Source: Callorhinchus milii (lineage: Eukaryota). From it: a DNA stretch of 64,000 nucleotides. The stretch lies in contig NW_024704742.1 of assembly GCF_018977255.1 (NCBI RefSeq), positions 47,680,001-47,744,000 on the forward strand, written 5' to 3'. Under the pieces are notes generated by a model. That model did no database searches. It was not told the DNA's origin and saw only the letters and a program-made list of their open reading frames with translations. Below are positions 12,964-64,000 of this stretch, piece after piece; position 1 is the stretch's first letter, and the number at the start of each line of letters is the position of its first letter. Both the position numbers and the translations under genes were made by a program.

Positions 12964-14659
12964 GGAGGATAACATAATTACAGGAATTTTACAATAGGAG
13001 GATATTTGTATGGATACCAAAACAATCATGAAAACAAATGTAACTTTAAATGAGAATATTGTGCATGGTTCTGAGTCTTATTTTTACTGGGCTGATAGCA
13101 GCTGATCGTGAGGAACTGCTTATGTGGAAGCAGCACATTGATTACAGCAGGTACCGTATATGGGAAAGATTTTCTACCAGCATGATACAAGGAAAAGAAA
13201 ATGCAGTATTCGTTAATGCATTTCTTGTGCTCGTTCTGACAAGAAATAAGATTAAGAAACATGGTAAATTTTTTCCCAATAGTTTCACCCTCATTTGGAG
13301 GTTCTAAATTCAAAATGTGTGACTCACGTATTCCAGTTAATAAGTTGGATAGAAACAAGCGGCAGTTAAGTTGTTAAATGAGATGTGAACTGGGAGACTA
13401 TTGATTTCTGGTAATGGATAGAATTTCAGGTGTATATTCCTATATCAACAACAACAACAACAACAAGATTCCATTTATAAAGCGCCTTTCACGTCAGGAG
13501 GACGTCCCAAGGCGCTGTCAAGTAATCCATGAGCGACAACCAGCTCTGGACAGATTTAATGGAATGAGAAGATTGCCACAATAAAGCGCTTCAAAAAGAT
13601 AGAGGAAGGATTGATATCACAATGGGAAATTTTATTAAACCTCCAGCAAAAAAACAGAGATTAACTTCTTTCTTGTCAAAAGCCATCATTATTGAGTGGT
13701 TTAATTCTTTTATTTTGAGAAAAAAATCAGAGCTGGATGAAAACCTAGATATGGAAAGGTTTGCATGTCAAAGGGATACGTGCTGGTCAAATTGATAACC
13801 TACACAATTCAGTGGCTCTTGTCCAGTGGAATGTAACCTGTCAGTGTGGAATAATGATTGTCTTCCAGGGAAAGGAGACAATTTCATAATGTTTCCTCTT
13901 GGCAATTGTGCTTGTGATTATTGCTTCCCTCATGAGTTTAAATAAACTGGGGATAGACAAGTAGACCAGATGGGAATCATATTTTCTTCATGTTCTTTCT
14001 GATTTTTTTTTGTTTTTGCTATTACTGACAGAGTGGAACTTAATGAGCGGGTGCACATTCTACTCTTATATCACAGTTGGATGGAGAGTTTGGGAAAGTG
14101 TTAAATCCTCTCTCTTGGAATTTACAGAAATATCCTGCCCACCACCCTCCACCCCCCCCCACCCCCCACCAAGAGCATAGCAGCAGCATTTAGCCATCAG
14201 GTACTGATCTATAAAGAAAATAACAATTCCCATACAGCATGAAGAAATGAAAACTGTATTGGACTCCAATATTCCATGCAGACTTGCTCCCTAATGATGC
14301 CAGCAGCTTTCATTAAATGTCAACAGTACAAGATCATTTTTCTCAGTTAGGATCTTAAAAATGTTCATAGTGAAACCGCTGCAAGCTAAAATTGGATCCC
14401 TTTTGCTCACGTAGAATGGTGCTTTCAGCAAGATTTAGCACTTATAGGATTATTCTGTTGAAATACCAACATAAAGGTTATCCTGTAACCCAAATGCATG
14501 AAAATGACAAACTCCTTAGTTAATCATCTTTGGTTGTTAATGTAATTGAACAACCAGTGAGTGTCTACAGCCCAAGGAAGTCAATTAGGTCATATCTGTC
14601 TTCAGTTGGAGTTGGGCTGTGATTTTAAAAGCTAAAAAAAAATCTCAAGACAACTGTAT

Positions 14660-14875
14660 TTTACAATTTACATTTATATGTTATATGACGGCTTTCACGT
14701 CAGGAGGACGTCACAAGGCACTTGACAGTCCTGGTTTAGTACCTAAACTGGGGGTGGGAGCCAAGGGTGGTGGGAAACGGAAAGATGACCAAAGATTCAA
14801 AGAGGAATTCTTGAGACAGATCTTGAAAGAGATGAGGGAAGGAGGGACTAATGAATCTGGATGGAGTTCCAGAAA
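14660..14875 (-). mobile_element. L2 3' end fragment
   Basis: Reverse complement of the same L2 3' UTR (tttcacgtcaggaggacgtc...ggggtgggag...gatggagttccag). Confidence 0.65.
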
Positions 14876-15657
14876 GTGGGGGATTTTAGTAACACATCCC
14901 ATTCATAAATTACTTAAAAATGTTAAGCATCCACAATCTTACTCCCTCTCTGATTTGTCTTCTAACTTACAAGAAAACATTAATTTTTGCCCACAAAACA
15001 AACTATTTTGCAGCCACAAATTTTCTGAGAAACCTTTTGAAATAATTCTATTTATCATATAAATATCCTTGTGGTTAACAACTTTTGAACATCCAGCCAT
15101 ATCACAAATATTACACAAATGTCACAATATTGTTTTCTCTTTTGATCAGTCAGCTGTATATTCAAACAGAAATTGGTATTGATAGTTGTTTTTTGTTCTG
15201 TTTTAATTACTATTTTGAAGTTCTTTGCTACTGTTATTTTGAATGTAGGAAAGCACAACCTTTTAATAAGATGCTAGCCAATGCAGCTGAATATTCTCAT
15301 TAAAGAGTTTCTGGCTCAGTAGCTAGTAGTCTTTCTTTTGAGTCAGAAGGTTTTGGTTTGTGTGGACAGCCGCTTCCCTAAAGCATAAGTAGGAGGAAAA
15401 TACAGGAGGATGTTGTTCCAGCCTGGTCTCACATTCCTGCTAACAATGTAAATTCCACTGGCAAAATCTTGCCTGGATGTTGCTTCCGACTCCCAGATGG
15501 AGTTCCAGTAGGGGATTTTAGTAACATATACTATTCATAAATTACTTAAAAATATGAAGGATGGCATATAAATGCAAATTGTTGTTGCTTATCTGAGTTC
15601 AAAGCCAGAGTATGATGTACAGAATAAGGAGGGAATCGTGAATGAAAATTACGGAAC

Positions 15658-16021
15658 AAAATAATAATAATAATAGTAATCTTTGAATTTGGTGTAGCAT
15701 CTTATCATAGGGACATCTCAAAGCGTTTCACAGAATATACAATAAAGTGAATTAAAAATTATGTATATTTTTTGTACAATAATAATCCTTACATTTGATA
15801 TAGTGCCTTATCACGTCGTTGAGACGTCTCAAAGCGCTTCACAGAATATACTGTAAAGTGAATTGACTGTATATTTTGTGGGCGAAACGCAGCAGCCAAT
15901 CGCGCACAGCACTGTCCCACAAACAGTGGTGGATTGAATGACCAATTTATTATTATTACTATTTTTGAAGGGATTATTACCCCCGGAAAACGATCCGTCA
16001 ATCAACTAACAACTGCTGCTA
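15658..16021 (-). mobile_element. Two SINE pieces (tail 15658-15777; long-variant body 15778-16021) just upstream of the promoter
   Basis: Reverse complement of the SINE core and tail. Confidence 0.88.
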
Positions 16022-16128
16022 TATATAATTTTTTTATATTAAAAAAAACTCAAAACAGTTTTTTTTCTGTTTTTTCATGAGACAGCACCAGCTGGTTCCA
16101 GCCTGAGAGTCCACACGTGGTACCAGAG

Positions 16129-16152
16129 ACTACAAATCCCGGGATGCTTTGC
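16129..16152 (+). promoter_or_regulatory. ZNF143 (Staf)/THAP11-associated SBS motif
   Basis: ACTACAAATCCCGGGATGCTTTGC matches ACTACAnnTCCCannaTGC. Confidence 0.7.
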
Positions 16153-16218
16153 AAACATTTTATGGGTGTGGCAGAGAGCACCACCACCACCCACTCCCCA
16201 ATGTGATTGGCCAGCGCG

Positions 16219-16232
16219 GTCGCCAAGGTGAC
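16219..16232. promoter_or_regulatory. RFX X-box 1
   Basis: GTCGCC-AA-GGTGAC, near-palindromic X-box, just downstream of ATTGG (inverted CCAAT, 16206-16210). Confidence 0.72.
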
Positions 16233-16276
16233 GGGACGCGACCTCGGCCTCGACCGCGGTGCAGTGTGGGAGGGAA

Positions 16277-16305
16277 TCACGTGGGGTGGGAAGCGCGCGT
16301 GCGCA
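16277..16305. promoter_or_regulatory. E-box (TCACGTG) plus NRF1-like site (GCGCGTGCGCA)
   Basis: Motif matches at 16277-16283 and 16295-16305; a second CACGTG lies at 16114-16119. Confidence 0.5.
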
Positions 16306-16326
16306 CAGCGGGCCTCACCGCCGCCG

Positions 16327-16339
16327 GTTGCCAGGAGAC
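16327..16339. promoter_or_regulatory. RFX X-box 2, 5 nt before the ATG
   Basis: GTTGCC-A-GGAGAC; RFX control of IFT genes is established. Confidence 0.68.
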
Positions 16340-16344
16340 CGAGG

Positions 16345-63556
<47,212 letters not shown>

Positions 63557-64000
63557 TGAATCTTGGGATTATAGCAACAGTCCAGTAGAATATTACAGCA
63601 CAGAAACCGTCCATTTGGTCCATCAAATTTACACATTTTTACAACACCTAACCCCAATCTCCCAATCTTTAGAAATACTCTTTTTCAAGCATCTATATAA
63701 TTCCCTTTGAAAATAATTTATGGACTTTACTTCAACAACATGTCAAAAGATTTTAATTATTTTTCACAAAAAGTTATCTTTTACGATAAACTGTCATGAA
63801 TCAAAATCTCATTCTTTGCACAGGTATTCCTCAATTCAGCATTCCCCTCTTCATCTAATGGCTGTTTCTAAAACGTGTTGTAATGTTTCACATTAGTGAT
63901 TCCACCACTTAATTGTGGAATTAAGCTCCAGGTCCATACTTGAACTCCTAGTCTAGACTCACAGTGTAGTATAGTACTGGTGAACCACTGTATTATCAAA

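Noticed and set aside
13050..13307. 85-aa ORF with a signal-peptide-like start
   Set aside because: No recognisable family, partner exons or promoter; likely chance.

Overview
Vertebrate genomic DNA, not prokaryotic. The repeat content (shark-type CR1, L2, tRNA-headed Deu-type SINEs with ATT tails) points to a cartilaginous fish, possibly a chimaera (inference). The main feature is the ciliary IFT-A gene WDR19/IFT144 on the + strand. It has a CpG-rich promoter at about 16.1-16.35 kb with two RFX X-boxes and ZNF143, NF-Y, E-box and NRF1-like motifs. Coding exons 1-32 (16345-63542) have GT-AG introns with consistent phases and total 3568 nt, about 1189 codons; the gene continues past the window end. 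The first 16 kb is non-coding, possibly starting in the 3' UTR of an upstream gene, and includes a nested CR1/SINE/CR1/L2 stack. Almost all listed ORFs are spurious or transposon-derived. The most unusual item is an approximately 600-bp non-coding, hairpin-rich dispersed repeat with 5 copies and one fixed end, which I cannot assign to a family. Others are a precise micro-inversion of a SINE tail, a TA-inserted MITE inside a SINE, a Penelope RT relic, a tandem CTCF-like duplication and a candidate in-frame 42-nt cassette exon. No database searches were run; family names come from recalled motifs and repeat boundaries are approximate.
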